Part shown: positions 20,697 to 31,530 of the stretch, piece after piece
How positions within the stretch are numbered: position 1 is the stretch's first letter
Layout: the number at the start of each line of letters is the position of its first letter
Source of the DNA: an uncultured Actinomycetota bacterium
Lineage (GTDB): Bacteria; Actinomycetota; Actinomycetes; JAFAQI01
Assembly: GCA_963770565.1 (NCBI GenBank)
Contig: CAVYQE010000008.1
Coordinates: forward strand, 96,001-160,000
DNA length: 64,000 nucleotides
Direction of reading: 5' to 3'
The notes under the pieces: model-generated
What the model was told of the DNA's origin: nothing
Databases searched by the model: none
The model's input: only the letters and a program-made list of their open reading frames with translations
Position numbers and translations under genes: made by a program

Positions 20697-20782
20697 TCAA
20701 GCAATGTCACATTGCCCAGCCCTTTCCGGGGGTGGTGTGACATTGCCCCCACGAAGTGGGGGGCAATGTCACACTGCTTGTC
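20697..20782 (+). repeat. 86-bp tri-palindromic interspersed element, copy 3
   Basis: Boxes at 20702, 20733, 20764; between convergent genes. Confidence 0.92.
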
Positions 20783-20792
20783 GAGAACGCGA

Positions 20793-21869
20793 CTAGGGGA
20801 TGACGAGGGTGCGGCCGCCGTGGCCGGACCGCATCCGGTCGAACGCCGCGTCAATACCTTCGAGGTTCGTGCGGTCGGTCACGAGCGCCTCGAGGTCGAA
20901 CCGGCCCTCGCGCCATGCATCGATCATCCGGGGTACGTCGATCTCGGGATCCGACGACCCGTAGACGCAGCCCGATAGCGAGCGGGCGAAATGGAAGACC
21001 TCCAGCGCGTTGAACTGCGCCATGTCATCGGCCCGCCCGATCCCGACGACCACCGCGCGACCGCCGCGGCGGGTGGCGCTCCACGCCTGGCGGATCGTGC
21101 TGCCGCGGCCCACGCACTCGACCGCGACGTCGGCACCGCGTCCGTCGGTGAGCCGGCGTACCTGCTTGGCCAGGTCGTCGCCCGCGAGCAGGAACTCGGT
21201 CGCGCCACAGCGGCGTGCGATCTCCTCCTTGTCCGGGGAGACGTCCGCGGCGACGATCGTCGCCGCGCCGGCCATCCGCGCGCCCTGCACGGCGGACAGG
21301 CCCACCCCGCCGAGCCCCACGACCAGCACCGACTCGCCCGGCTTGGTGCGCGCGTGATTGACGACCGCACCGGCTCCGGTCAGCACGGCGCAACCGAGCA
21401 GCGCGGCCATCTCCAGCGGTACGTCAGCACCGATGGGGATCACTGCGCGGGCCGGCACGATCGTCTCCTCCGCGAACGCGCCGATGCCGATCCCGGCCAC
21501 GAGGTCGATGCCGTCGAGGGTGGCGTACGGCACGTCGTCGTCGGCAAATGCGTTCGCGCACAACCACGGCTCGCCGGCTTCGCACCACCAGCAGGTCCGG
21601 CACGGCGGCGACCAGTTGAGGACGACCCGGTCACCGGGAGCGACCTGGGTGACGTCGGCGCCGACCGCGATGACCGTGCCGGACCCCTCGTGTCCCAGCA
21701 CGGCCGGCACGACCTGGTCCATCACGCCGCTGCCGAGCGAGAGGTCGGAGTGGCACACGCCGGCCGCGGCGATCTGCACGTGGACGTCGCCGGGACCGAG
21801 CGGGCGCAGGACGATGTCAGCGACCTGCTGCTTGCCGCCGATCTCCGACAGCACCGACGCCTTGACCAT
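20793..21869 (-). CDS. Zn-dependent alcohol dehydrogenase
   Basis: GVCHSD, GHEG, CRTCWWC...C, GLGGVG. Confidence 0.93.
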   Translation of the reverse strand: MVKASVLSEIGGKQQVADIVLRPLGPGDVHVQIAAAGVCHSDLSLGSGVMDQVVPAVLGHEGSGTVIAVGADVTQVAPGDRVVLNWSPPCRTCWWCEAGEPWLCANAFADDDVPYATLDGIDLVAGIGIGAFAEETIVPARAVIPIGADVPLEMAALLGCAVLTGAGAVVNHARTKPGESVLVVGLGGVGLSAVQGARMAGAATIVAADVSPDKEEIARRCGATEFLLAGDDLAKQVRRLTDGRGADVAVECVGRGSTIRQAWSATRRGGRAVVVGIGRADDMAQFNALEVFHFARSLSGCVYGSSDPEIDVPRMIDAWREGRFDLEALVTDRTNLEGIDAAFDRMRSGHGGRTLVIP

Positions 21870-21919
21870 CGGCACACCATAGTGTCGAGTTACTGGACGT
21901 CGATCGACAGGAGGCCACC

Positions 21920-22360
21920 GTGCCCACACGTACCGCGCGCACCGCATGGACCGGCACCATCGGGGAGGGTTCAGGTCAGGTCGAGCTGACGAGCAGCGGC
22001 CTCGGCACCTACGAGGTCAGCTTCCCGAAGCGGGCGGCCGACTCATCGCCCGGCACGACCAGTCCCGAGGAACTCATCGCAGCCGCCCACACCGCGTGTT
22101 ACGCGATGTCGCTGTCGAACGAGGTCGCCAAAGCCGGTGGCACGCCCCATGCGCTCGATGTCACCGCGGTGGTGACACTCGGTCCGGACACCGAGCGTGG
22201 TGGCTTCGCCATCACCGGCATCGCGCTCTCGGTCGAGGGCGAGGTCGACGGTCTCGATGCCGACGGCTTTGCCGCGGCCGCTAAGACCGCCAAGGAAGGC
22301 TGCCCGGTCAGCAAGGCGCTGGCCGGCACCACGATCACGCTGGAAGCCTCGCTCGCCTGA
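21920..22360 (+). CDS. osmC: OsmC-family peroxiredoxin
   Basis: TSPEELIAAAHTACYAM, AKEGCPVSKAL. Confidence 0.92.
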   Translation: MPTRTARTAWTGTIGEGSGQVELTSSGLGTYEVSFPKRAADSSPGTTSPEELIAAAHTACYAMSLSNEVAKAGGTPHALDVTAVVTLGPDTERGGFAITGIALSVEGEVDGLDADGFAAAAKTAKEGCPVSKALAGTTITLEASLA

Positions 22361-22398
22361 CCGCCCGCGCGGGTCGGACCGAGTGACCAAAGGAACGG

Positions 22399-23193
22399 AT
22401 GAGCACCCTCGCGCTTGACGGGACCGACCTCTACTACGAGGTCGAGGGCGACGGCGTCGCCGTCCTGCTGATCCATGGCTTCGCTCTTGACGCCCGGATG
22501 TGGGACGACCAGGTGGCCGCGCTGCGCGACGCAGCCCGGGTGATCCGGTACGACGCCCGCGGCTTCGGCCGGTCGTGCCGTCGCGATCCCGACGTGACCT
22601 ACACCCACGCGGGCGACGCGTGGGCGCTGCTCGACCATCTCGGCGCCGGTGACGCGGTGATCGTGGGGCTGTCGATGGGTGGCCGCATTGCGCTCGAGAC
22701 GGCGCTCGCGGCACCGGCGCGGGTCCGCGCCCTCGTGCTCATCGACGCCGTACTCGACGGGGTCCGGTGGGACGAGAAGTCGGACCGTGAGATGGCGGCG
22801 GTGAGTGCGTCGATGACGGCCGATGGGCTCGCCGCGGCGAAGGCCACCTGGCTCGCGCACGGCTTCTTCCGGCCGGCGCGACGCGACCCGGCACTGGCGG
22901 CCCGGCTGGCCGCAATCGTCGAGGACTTCCCGGGCCTGCACCTGAGCGAGCCGGATCCACACGCATCGCATCCGGCCGTGATCGAGGACCTCCCATCGAT
23001 CGCCGCGCCGACCACGGTCATCGTCGGCCAGCTCGACGTGCCCTGCTTCCAGGACATGGCCGACCGGCTCGCGACCGGGATTCCCGGCGCGCATAAGGTC
23101 GTCGTCCCGAACGCCGGACACATGGCCAACATGGAGGCACCCGACGCGGTCAACCGCGTGCTGCGCGAGGTCATCGAGAAGGCGGCAAGGTAA
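22399..23193 (+). CDS. alpha/beta hydrolase
   Basis: LIHG, YDARGFGRS, GLSMGG, AGHMANME. Confidence 0.92.
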   Translation: MSTLALDGTDLYYEVEGDGVAVLLIHGFALDARMWDDQVAALRDAARVIRYDARGFGRSCRRDPDVTYTHAGDAWALLDHLGAGDAVIVGLSMGGRIALETALAAPARVRALVLIDAVLDGVRWDEKSDREMAAVSASMTADGLAAAKATWLAHGFFRPARRDPALAARLAAIVEDFPGLHLSEPDPHASHPAVIEDLPSIAAPTTVIVGQLDVPCFQDMADRLATGIPGAHKVVVPNAGHMANMEAPDAVNRVLREVIEKAAR

Positions 23194-24179
23194 TGGACGA
23201 GATCAAATGGGGGATCGTCGGCACCGGCTGGATCGCCACCAGGTTCGTCGACGACCTGCGGCTGCTTCCTGATCACCGCGTGGTTGCCGTCGGTTCCAGA
23301 CGGTCCGAAACGGCGCAGGAGTTCGCGGCCCGCGAAGATGTCCCGCACGCATACGGCAGCTACGAGGAGGTGTGTGCCGACTCCGAGGTCGAGGTCGTGT
23401 ACGTCGCAACACCACATCCGTTCCACGCGCACGATGCCTTGCTCGCCTTAGATGCTGGCAAGCACGTGCTGTGCGAGAAACCGTTCACCATCAACGCCGA
23501 CGAGGCCGCCGAGGTGATCGCGACCGCGCGCGCCGAGAGCCTGTTCTGCATGGAGGCGATGTGGACCCGGTTCGCTCCGCACATGCGCCGGATCCGCGAG
23601 TTGCTCGATGCCGGCGCACTCGGCGACATCCGCACCGTGATCGCCGACCACGGGCAGCGGTTCCTGCCGCCGGACTTCACTTCGCGGCTGTATGCGCCCG
23701 AGCTCGGCGGCGGCGCGCTGCTCGACCTCGGGATCTACCCGCTGTCCTTCGCGTCGTACGTCTTGGGTCGGCCCGAGAAGGTCACCGCGGCCGGCGACCT
23801 GACTGAGACCGGCGTCGACGCGCAGACCTCAGTCGTCCTTCAGTACGAGGGCGGCAGCCACGCCGTCCTTACCACCACGCTGGGTGCGGAGACTCCGACC
23901 CTGGCCTCCATCACCGGCACCGAAGGCCGGATCGAGATCGACCCGGTCTGGTACCAGCCCAGCTCGTTCACCTTCCGGCCGGTCTCCGGCGATCCGGAGC
24001 GCTTCGCCGAGCCCCCGACCGGTAACGGCTTGCGCTACCAGGCCGACGAGGTCGGGCGCTGCCTGCGCGACGGTCTGACCGAGAGCCCGATCATGCCGCT
24101 CGAGGAGACCCTGTCGATCATGACGACGATGGACGAGATCCGCCGTCAAATCGGCGTCAGCTATCCCTTCGAGCCCTGA
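23193..24179 (+). CDS. Gfo/Idh/MocA oxidoreductase
   Basis: WGIVGTGWIA, GKHVLCEKP, GGGALLDLGIY. Confidence 0.93.
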   Translation: MDEIKWGIVGTGWIATRFVDDLRLLPDHRVVAVGSRRSETAQEFAAREDVPHAYGSYEEVCADSEVEVVYVATPHPFHAHDALLALDAGKHVLCEKPFTINADEAAEVIATARAESLFCMEAMWTRFAPHMRRIRELLDAGALGDIRTVIADHGQRFLPPDFTSRLYAPELGGGALLDLGIYPLSFASYVLGRPEKVTAAGDLTETGVDAQTSVVLQYEGGSHAVLTTTLGAETPTLASITGTEGRIEIDPVWYQPSSFTFRPVSGDPERFAEPPTGNGLRYQADEVGRCLRDGLTESPIMPLEETLSIMTTMDEIRRQIGVSYPFEP

Positions 24180-24253
24180 TCCGACGGCCGATCTGTGAAC
24201 CGCCAGCACCCCGCTACTCGCAACCGTTCACCGACCCGGCTACCGTCCCCGAC

Positions 24254-25792
<1,539 letters not shown>

Positions 25793-25798
25793 GTCGGA

Positions 25799-26113
25799 TC
25801 ACTTCCGGTCGTCGAGGGCGCGGCGGGCGTGGGCGTGCTGGTCGTGTGGCACGAGCACGCGGACGCCGGCACCGGTCTGCAGGGCCGGCTCGACGCCGCC
25901 GGCGTCATCGGAGGACACGACGGCGTGGATGCCCTGGCTGCGCAGGTAGCCGGCCATCAGCTCGGCGTCCACGGTCGAGCTTGCGAAGCCCACCGCGACC
26001 GGACCGGCTGGTGGAGGCGATCGGAACAGCTTGCCGACCCGGTGCCAGAAGCCGGTGTTGGTGTCGACCTCGGGCAGGTGTCCGGAGTGGCGTCGCCGCG
26101 GATGGTTGCTCAC
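25799..26113 (-). CDS. DUF2007-like small protein
   Basis: DAELMAGYLRSQGIHAVV...VRVLVP...ARRAL; GTGA overlap with the upstream stop. Confidence 0.7.
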   Translation of the reverse strand: MSNHPRRRHSGHLPEVDTNTGFWHRVGKLFRSPPPAGPVAVGFASSTVDAELMAGYLRSQGIHAVVSSDDAGGVEPALQTGAGVRVLVPHDQHAHARRALDDRK

Positions 26114-26750
26114 GGGGTGTTGGTCAGATGCTTCAGGGCCGCCGCCGGCGAGCAGGCGTCGATCGGCGGGAACTGACCGCCGGTTGCACCGTCGAGCTGA
26201 AGCTGCCAGTCGTGGTGTACGCCCAGCGCCTCGGTGCGCAGCCCGATGTCGTAGAACTCGGTCGTCTCGGCTTTCGGGCACGTGGGTTTCGCGACCGTGA
26301 CCCAGAGGTCGATCTGCTGGCCTGGGTGCAACGTCATCGGGAAGGGCTTCGCCGCGGCGAAGCTGCCCTCGCTTTGGTTCGGATCTTGCGTCACGAGGGT
26401 CCAGCCAAGGTCGAAGTGCACGAACTCCACCGATGACAGGTCTGAGCCCAAGATGCGGACCGCAAAGTGACCGTAGTTGCTCACTGAGTAGCCGAACGTG
26501 GCAACCGAGCCTGGGGGACCCACGATGATGTAGCGGGTCGGATCGATGACCCCGTCAGTCACGGCTCGACCGGCCCCCTCGGGTTGTTGCCGTAGTTGCC
26601 GGCGCCGAGCGGCTGGTAGGTGTGCGCGTAGACCACGGCGGCGATCCCGGTGCCGATCAGCGCTAGCGCGGTCACTCCCGCGAGCAGCCGGAGCCAGATC
26701 CGGCGAGGGCGCGGCGGTACTTCCGCGATGGTCACGTCGCTGTCCAGCAC
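26110..26750 (-). pseudogene. membrane-anchored hypothetical protein split by a frameshift near 26575-26585
   Basis: ORF 26559-26750 (TM anchor, ...YQPLGAGNYGNNP) continues in another frame as EGAGRAVTDG...LTNTP*; junction at CCC/GGGGG runs. Confidence 0.65.
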
Positions 26751-26823
26751 GGTCGTCAGGGGAGCCTCCGTTCGCCGCGCCAGCGTCCCACCTTGAGCCG
26801 GTCGGCGCCAATATGCTGGCCGG

Positions 26824-28131
26824 GTGCCAACCGCGATCAGCTATCCGCATACCGAACATCGGCTCGCGAACGGGCTGCGCGTGGTGATCAGTGAGGACCA
26901 CCTCGCGCCGGTCGTAGCGGTCAACCTCTGGTACGCCGTCGGCTCCCGGCACGAGGTCCTCGGCCGCACCGGCTTCGCGCACCTCTTCGAGCATCTGATG
27001 TTCCAGGGCTCGGCCAACGTCAAGCGCGGCGAGCACTTCGCGACCGTCAACGCGGCCGGCGGCACCCTCAACGGCACGACCTGGTGCGACCGGACCAACT
27101 ACTACGAGACCGTGCCCGCGCACCACCTCGCGACCGCACTCTGGCTCGAAGCCGACCGGATGGGCGGCCTGCTCGACGCCCTCGATCAGGCCAACCTCGA
27201 CAACCAGCGCGATGTGGTCAAGAACGAGAAGCGCCAGACCCGTGACAACCAGCCGTACGGCTCGTGGCTCGACCACCTGCACGAGCTCTGCTACCCGCCC
27301 GGCCACCCGTACCACCACACGACGATCGGCTCGATGGAGGATCTCGACGCCGCGTCGCTCGAGGACGCCCGGGCCTTCTACGCCACCTGGTACGCCCCCG
27401 ACAACGCGGTGCTGTCGATCGTCGGCGATGTCGACACCGCCGACGCGGTCACGCTGGTGGAGCGCTACTTCGGCGGCATCCCGGCCAAGGGCCAGTTCCC
27501 GACCCCGCCGTCCACCGAGATCGCGGCCCGGCTCGGCGGGCAGGTCCGTCGTACCGTGCCCGATCGCGTCCCGGTGCCGCGGATCTTCGTCGGCTATCGC
27601 ACCGCGCCGTTCGGCACGCCGGAGTTCGACGCGATGCAGATTGCGACGACCGTCCTCGGCGGCGGCCGAGGCAGCCGGCTCTACAAGGCACTCGTACTGG
27701 ACCGTCAGTTGTTGCAGCCATCGGACTCGGCGATCATCGACAGTTGGCCGTTCATCGGCGGGGCGTCGCTCACGATCGCCGACCTGCCCGCGCGCGAGGG
27801 TGTCGACATCGACGTGCTCGAGGCGGCCTACCACCACGAGGTCGCACGGCTCGCCGAGGGCGCAACCGACGACGAGGTCGAGCGGGCCAAGGCGCTGATC
27901 ACCAGCCAGTGGCTGCATCACCTGTCGAGTGTCGAAGGGCGCGCCGACACCTTCAGCCAGTACGCCACCTTGCTCGGCGATCCCGAGCTGATCAATCGGG
28001 CGCTGCCGGCCTGGCTTTCGGTGACTGCGCGGGATGTTGCTGCGGTCGCCAGCGAGGTCATGAGTGAGGACAACCGCGTGGTCGTGACCTTCACCCCCGA
28101 CTTGCCGGACGAGCAAGAGGCGGCCGCGTGA
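26824..28131 (+). CDS. M16-family zinc peptidase, catalytic subunit
   Basis: TGFAHLFEHLMFQGS (HXXEH), LWLEADRM, VVKNEKR. Confidence 0.94.
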   Translation: MPTAISYPHTEHRLANGLRVVISEDHLAPVVAVNLWYAVGSRHEVLGRTGFAHLFEHLMFQGSANVKRGEHFATVNAAGGTLNGTTWCDRTNYYETVPAHHLATALWLEADRMGGLLDALDQANLDNQRDVVKNEKRQTRDNQPYGSWLDHLHELCYPPGHPYHHTTIGSMEDLDAASLEDARAFYATWYAPDNAVLSIVGDVDTADAVTLVERYFGGIPAKGQFPTPPSTEIAARLGGQVRRTVPDRVPVPRIFVGYRTAPFGTPEFDAMQIATTVLGGGRGSRLYKALVLDRQLLQPSDSAIIDSWPFIGGASLTIADLPAREGVDIDVLEAAYHHEVARLAEGATDDEVERAKALITSQWLHHLSSVEGRADTFSQYATLLGDPELINRALPAWLSVTARDVAAVASEVMSEDNRVVVTFTPDLPDEQEAAA

Positions 28132-29483
28132 CCCTGGTGAGCTCGCGCCCATCCGTCGGCAGCCCGCGCCCGTGGAGCTTCCCGGCGTTCGAGCGGCGCA
28201 CGATCGCTGGCGGTCGGGTGCTGACCTGCCATGTCCCGGGCCGGCCGTTGGGCGTCACGTCGCTCGTCATCGATGCCGGTGCGAGCTCCGAGCCGATCGG
28301 CCGCGAAGGGGTCGCCGAGCTGGTCTCCCGCGCGCTGTCTGAGGGCACCTCGACACTCGACGCCTATGGCTTTGCAGTGGCCGGCGAGCGGCTCGGTGCG
28401 ACCTGGCGCGCCTCGACCGACTGGGACTCGCTGCGCTGCGGCTTCGAGGTGCCGGTCGCGGAGCTGGCCGCCGCGACGCACCTGCTCGCAGCCGCGGTCA
28501 AGGACGCGGCGTTCGACGACGACACTCTGGCCCGGGTGCGCGAGGAGCGGATCGACGAGATCAGCATCGAGCTCAGCCAGCCCGCCGCGCGGGCCGGCGA
28601 GGCTTTCGCCGCCGAGGTGTTCGCGGACGTGAGCCGCTACAAGCTCTCCGACGGCGGTGACATCGCCTCGCTCGAGGCGATCTCGGATGACAACATCCGG
28701 TCGTTCCGGGCCGAGCGGCTCGGCCGCTCGTCGGCCACCCTCGTGCTGGTGGGCGATCTCGACGCGGTCGATGTGGATGAGCTCGGTCACGCCGTCTTCG
28801 ACGGGTGGGACGACGCCGACGGTGCCACGCCGATCCCGGATGCCACGCCGCGCCGGCGTGGCCGGCGGGTGGTCGTGGTCGACCGCCCGGGATCGGTGCA
28901 GTCGATCCTGCTGCTCGGTCATGACGGCCCGCCTCGAAAGATCGACGACTACGTCGCGATGACCACGATGTCGATGGTCCTCGGCGGAATGTTCTCCTCG
29001 CGGCTGAACATGAAGATCCGCGAGGAGAAGGGCTATGCGTACGGCGCACACTGCGGCTTCGACACCCGCAAGCACGGCGGGGTGTTCGTCGCCCGCACGT
29101 CGGTGCAAAGCGACGTGACCATCCCGGCGCTCGCCGACACGGTCGCTGAGATCGAGCGGATGCACGCCGGGGGAGTCGAGCCCGACGAGCTCGAGCAGGC
29201 CCGGGCCTACCGGGCCGGGGTGTTCCCGATCAACTTTGCCGGCGTCATGGCGGTCGCGTCCGGTCTCGGCGATCTCGTGGTCAACGACTTCGCCGACGAC
29301 CACTTCGACCAGCTGCGGGCGCGGGTGCTCGACGTCCGCAAGGACGAGCTCGATGCGAGCGCGCACGAGCGGCTGCGACCGGATGACCTCGTCACCGTGG
29401 TCGTGGGCGATGCCAGCGGGTTCGTCGAGGAGTTGCGTGACACCGGCCTCGGCCCGGTCGAGGTTGTCCCCGACGAAGGCTGA
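28128..29483 (+). CDS. M16-family peptidase, non-catalytic partner
   Basis: No HXXEH; LGGMFSSRLNMKIREEKGYAY; GTGA overlap. Confidence 0.9.
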   Translation: MTLVSSRPSVGSPRPWSFPAFERRTIAGGRVLTCHVPGRPLGVTSLVIDAGASSEPIGREGVAELVSRALSEGTSTLDAYGFAVAGERLGATWRASTDWDSLRCGFEVPVAELAAATHLLAAAVKDAAFDDDTLARVREERIDEISIELSQPAARAGEAFAAEVFADVSRYKLSDGGDIASLEAISDDNIRSFRAERLGRSSATLVLVGDLDAVDVDELGHAVFDGWDDADGATPIPDATPRRRGRRVVVVDRPGSVQSILLLGHDGPPRKIDDYVAMTTMSMVLGGMFSSRLNMKIREEKGYAYGAHCGFDTRKHGGVFVARTSVQSDVTIPALADTVAEIERMHAGGVEPDELEQARAYRAGVFPINFAGVMAVASGLGDLVVNDFADDHFDQLRARVLDVRKDELDASAHERLRPDDLVTVVVGDASGFVEELRDTGLGPVEVVPDEG

Positions 29484-29487
29484 GCTC

Positions 29488-31530
29488 GTGCGCCGAGCGG
29501 TTGCGTGGGTCGTGCTCGCGCTCGCTACCCCCGTGGTTGGGTGCGCGGTCGTGGCAAGCGGCGCTGCGGTGGCACAGGCCGCGCCAGCCGTGCAGGCCCG
29601 GGTCGTGGTCATCGCCGTACCCGACCTGCGCTGGTCGGACCTGGCATCGATGCCGGACCTTTCGGCCTATGCCGCGCAGTCCTCGGTCGGCGACCTGTCG
29701 GTGCGCGGCGAACCGGTCGCGGCTCGGTGCGCGGACGGCAGTCTGACCTTCGCGGCCGGCGACCGCGCCGACGCCGGCGGCGCGACCGGCTGCGCCCTGA
29801 GCGCCGACGCACTGGCGATTCGGCGCGAGCGACTGCGCAACGACCGGTACGGCGCCGACATCGCGGCGTTCGGAGACGCGCTCCGGCACGCCGGAGTGAC
29901 CACCGCGGCGGTCGGCCCCGGGGCCAACCTGCTGCTCGCCGACTCGGCCGACCAGGTCGGCACCACGGCTCCGACCCTCGCCGCTGCGGTGCGACAAGCC
30001 GCCGTGGTCGCGGTCGTCGACGACGGGCTCTACGTCGCATCGCCCGCCGACCGGGCCGCGGCCGCGCATCGACTCGACACCGAGCTGGCCACGCAACTGG
30101 CCGCGGTGCCGGCCGGGGCCACGACCATCGTGGCCGGTACCAGCGACGCACCGAGCGGTGGCCCGAACCTGCACGTCGTGCTGATCCACGGCGGGAACTG
30201 GCGCCATGTCGAGCTGAGCTCAGGAAGCACGCACGCGCGCTTTGTCCAGCTGGTCGACCTCGCGCCGACCATCCTGGCGGCGCTGCAGCTCCCGACGCCG
30301 GCGACGATGATCGGCCGGCCGGCACACGACACTAGCCGGTCCGCACCGTCCGCAGCGGCCTTCGTCGACACCAACCGCAAGGAGGGCGCCGCGCGCCGGG
30401 TCGACGATCCACTCCGGATCGCGCTCGGCGTCGCCGGGATGGCGGCGCTGGTGCTCCTGGCGGTCGCGTGGTGGCGGCGTAGCGCTCGATGGAATCTCGC
30501 CGCGCTGTGGCTCAGCCGGCTCGCGGTCGGGCTGCCGCTGGCGGGATTCGGCCTGCAGTTGGTGCCGTGGTGGAAGGCCGGACTCGGGTGGTATCCGGTC
30601 ATGGTGCTCGCCGCCCTGGGTGTCATCGGTGGCCTGACCTGGCTGCTGCGTGGTCACCGCACCGCCGGACTGATCGCGATCCCGGCATTGACCGGGCTGC
30701 TGCTCGTCGGCGATCAGATCGCCGGAGCACCGCTGCAGATGTCCGCACCGCTCGGCTACCTCGCGCTCGTCGCCGCCCGCTTCCACGGCACTGGCAACAT
30801 CGGCTTCGCCTGCCTCGCGGCATCCGCGCTCCTGTGCGCGGGCATCGCCGGCGCGGCGCTTCGCGAGCGGGGCCACACCCGCGCGGGTGTCGTCGTCGCG
30901 CTGGCGATCTGTCTGGTGGCCCTCGTGGTTGATGCGGCGCCGTGGTGGGGGGACGACTTCGGCGGGATCCTGTCCTTCCCGATCTGCATCGTCGTACTGC
31001 TGGCGCTGCTCGCCGAGGTGCGGTTCACGATCCGGCGGGTGGGGCTGACCGTGCTGGCCGCCGTGGTCGTGGCGGTCGGCTTCGCCGCTGCCGACTACGC
31101 CCGGCCGGCGGCGGACCGCACACAGATCGGGACGTTTGCCGGCGAGGTGCTGCACGGCGGCGCCGGGCGCACGGTGAGCCGCAAGCTGTCTTCCAGCCTG
31201 CATTCGTTCGGCAACGTGGCCGTCACCGGGTCGGTTGTCGTGCTGCTCATCCTGGCGGTCGCCTACCGGGCGGAGGTCGCGACGATCCTGGCCCGGGTGC
31301 CTGGCTTGCGAGCAGCGGCGACTGCGATCGCAAGCCTGGCCGTCATCGGGACCGCCACCAACGACTCGGGGGTCGTGATCGCGGAGTTCGCCCTGATGAT
31401 CGGCGCGTTCGCCGTGATCGGCGTCGGGGTGGCCGGCCCGGGGTCAGCGGTCGCGGGCGGCGGGCCGCCACTGTCGCCGCCAGCGGGTGACGTTCGCCCG
31501 CCGCAGCGCCGCGAACCGTTCCCGACGTAG
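29488..31530 (+). CDS. exported N-terminal domain plus multi-TM membrane protein
   Basis: Signal peptide (AQA); VVVIAVPDLRWSD and VQLVDLAPTIL (phosphatase/sulfatase-fold-like); RFHGTGN, NDSG in the TM region. Confidence 0.75.
   Translation: MRRAVAWVVLALATPVVGCAVVASGAAVAQAAPAVQARVVVIAVPDLRWSDLASMPDLSAYAAQSSVGDLSVRGEPVAARCADGSLTFAAGDRADAGGATGCALSADALAIRRERLRNDRYGADIAAFGDALRHAGVTTAAVGPGANLLLADSADQVGTTAPTLAAAVRQAAVVAVVDDGLYVASPADRAAAAHRLDTELATQLAAVPAGATTIVAGTSDAPSGGPNLHVVLIHGGNWRHVELSSGSTHARFVQLVDLAPTILAALQLPTPATMIGRPAHDTSRSAPSAAAFVDTNRKEGAARRVDDPLRIALGVAGMAALVLLAVAWWRRSARWNLAALWLSRLAVGLPLAGFGLQLVPWWKAGLGWYPVMVLAALGVIGGLTWLLRGHRTAGLIAIPALTGLLLVGDQIAGAPLQMSAPLGYLALVAARFHGTGNIGFACLAASALLCAGIAGAALRERGHTRAGVVVALAICLVALVVDAAPWWGDDFGGILSFPICIVVLLALLAEVRFTIRRVGLTVLAAVVVAVGFAAADYARPAADRTQIGTFAGEVLHGGAGRTVSRKLSSSLHSFGNVAVTGSVVVLLILAVAYRAEVATILARVPGLRAAATAIASLAVIGTATNDSGVVIAEFALMIGAFAVIGVGVAGPGSAVAGGGPPLSPPAGDVRPPQRREPFPT

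Noticed and set aside
5718-20782. 86-bp elements as mini-CRISPR or guide arrays
   Set aside because: Linkers are only 18 bp and are homologous between loci (one nearly invariant); no effector gene is adjacent
24190-24236. GTGAAC...GTTCAC inverted repeat
   Set aside because: Too short and degenerate to distinguish from chance
26751-28152. N-terminal part of the 680-aa minus-strand ORF
   Set aside because: Shadow of the M16 gene; only the distal ~155 codons look coding
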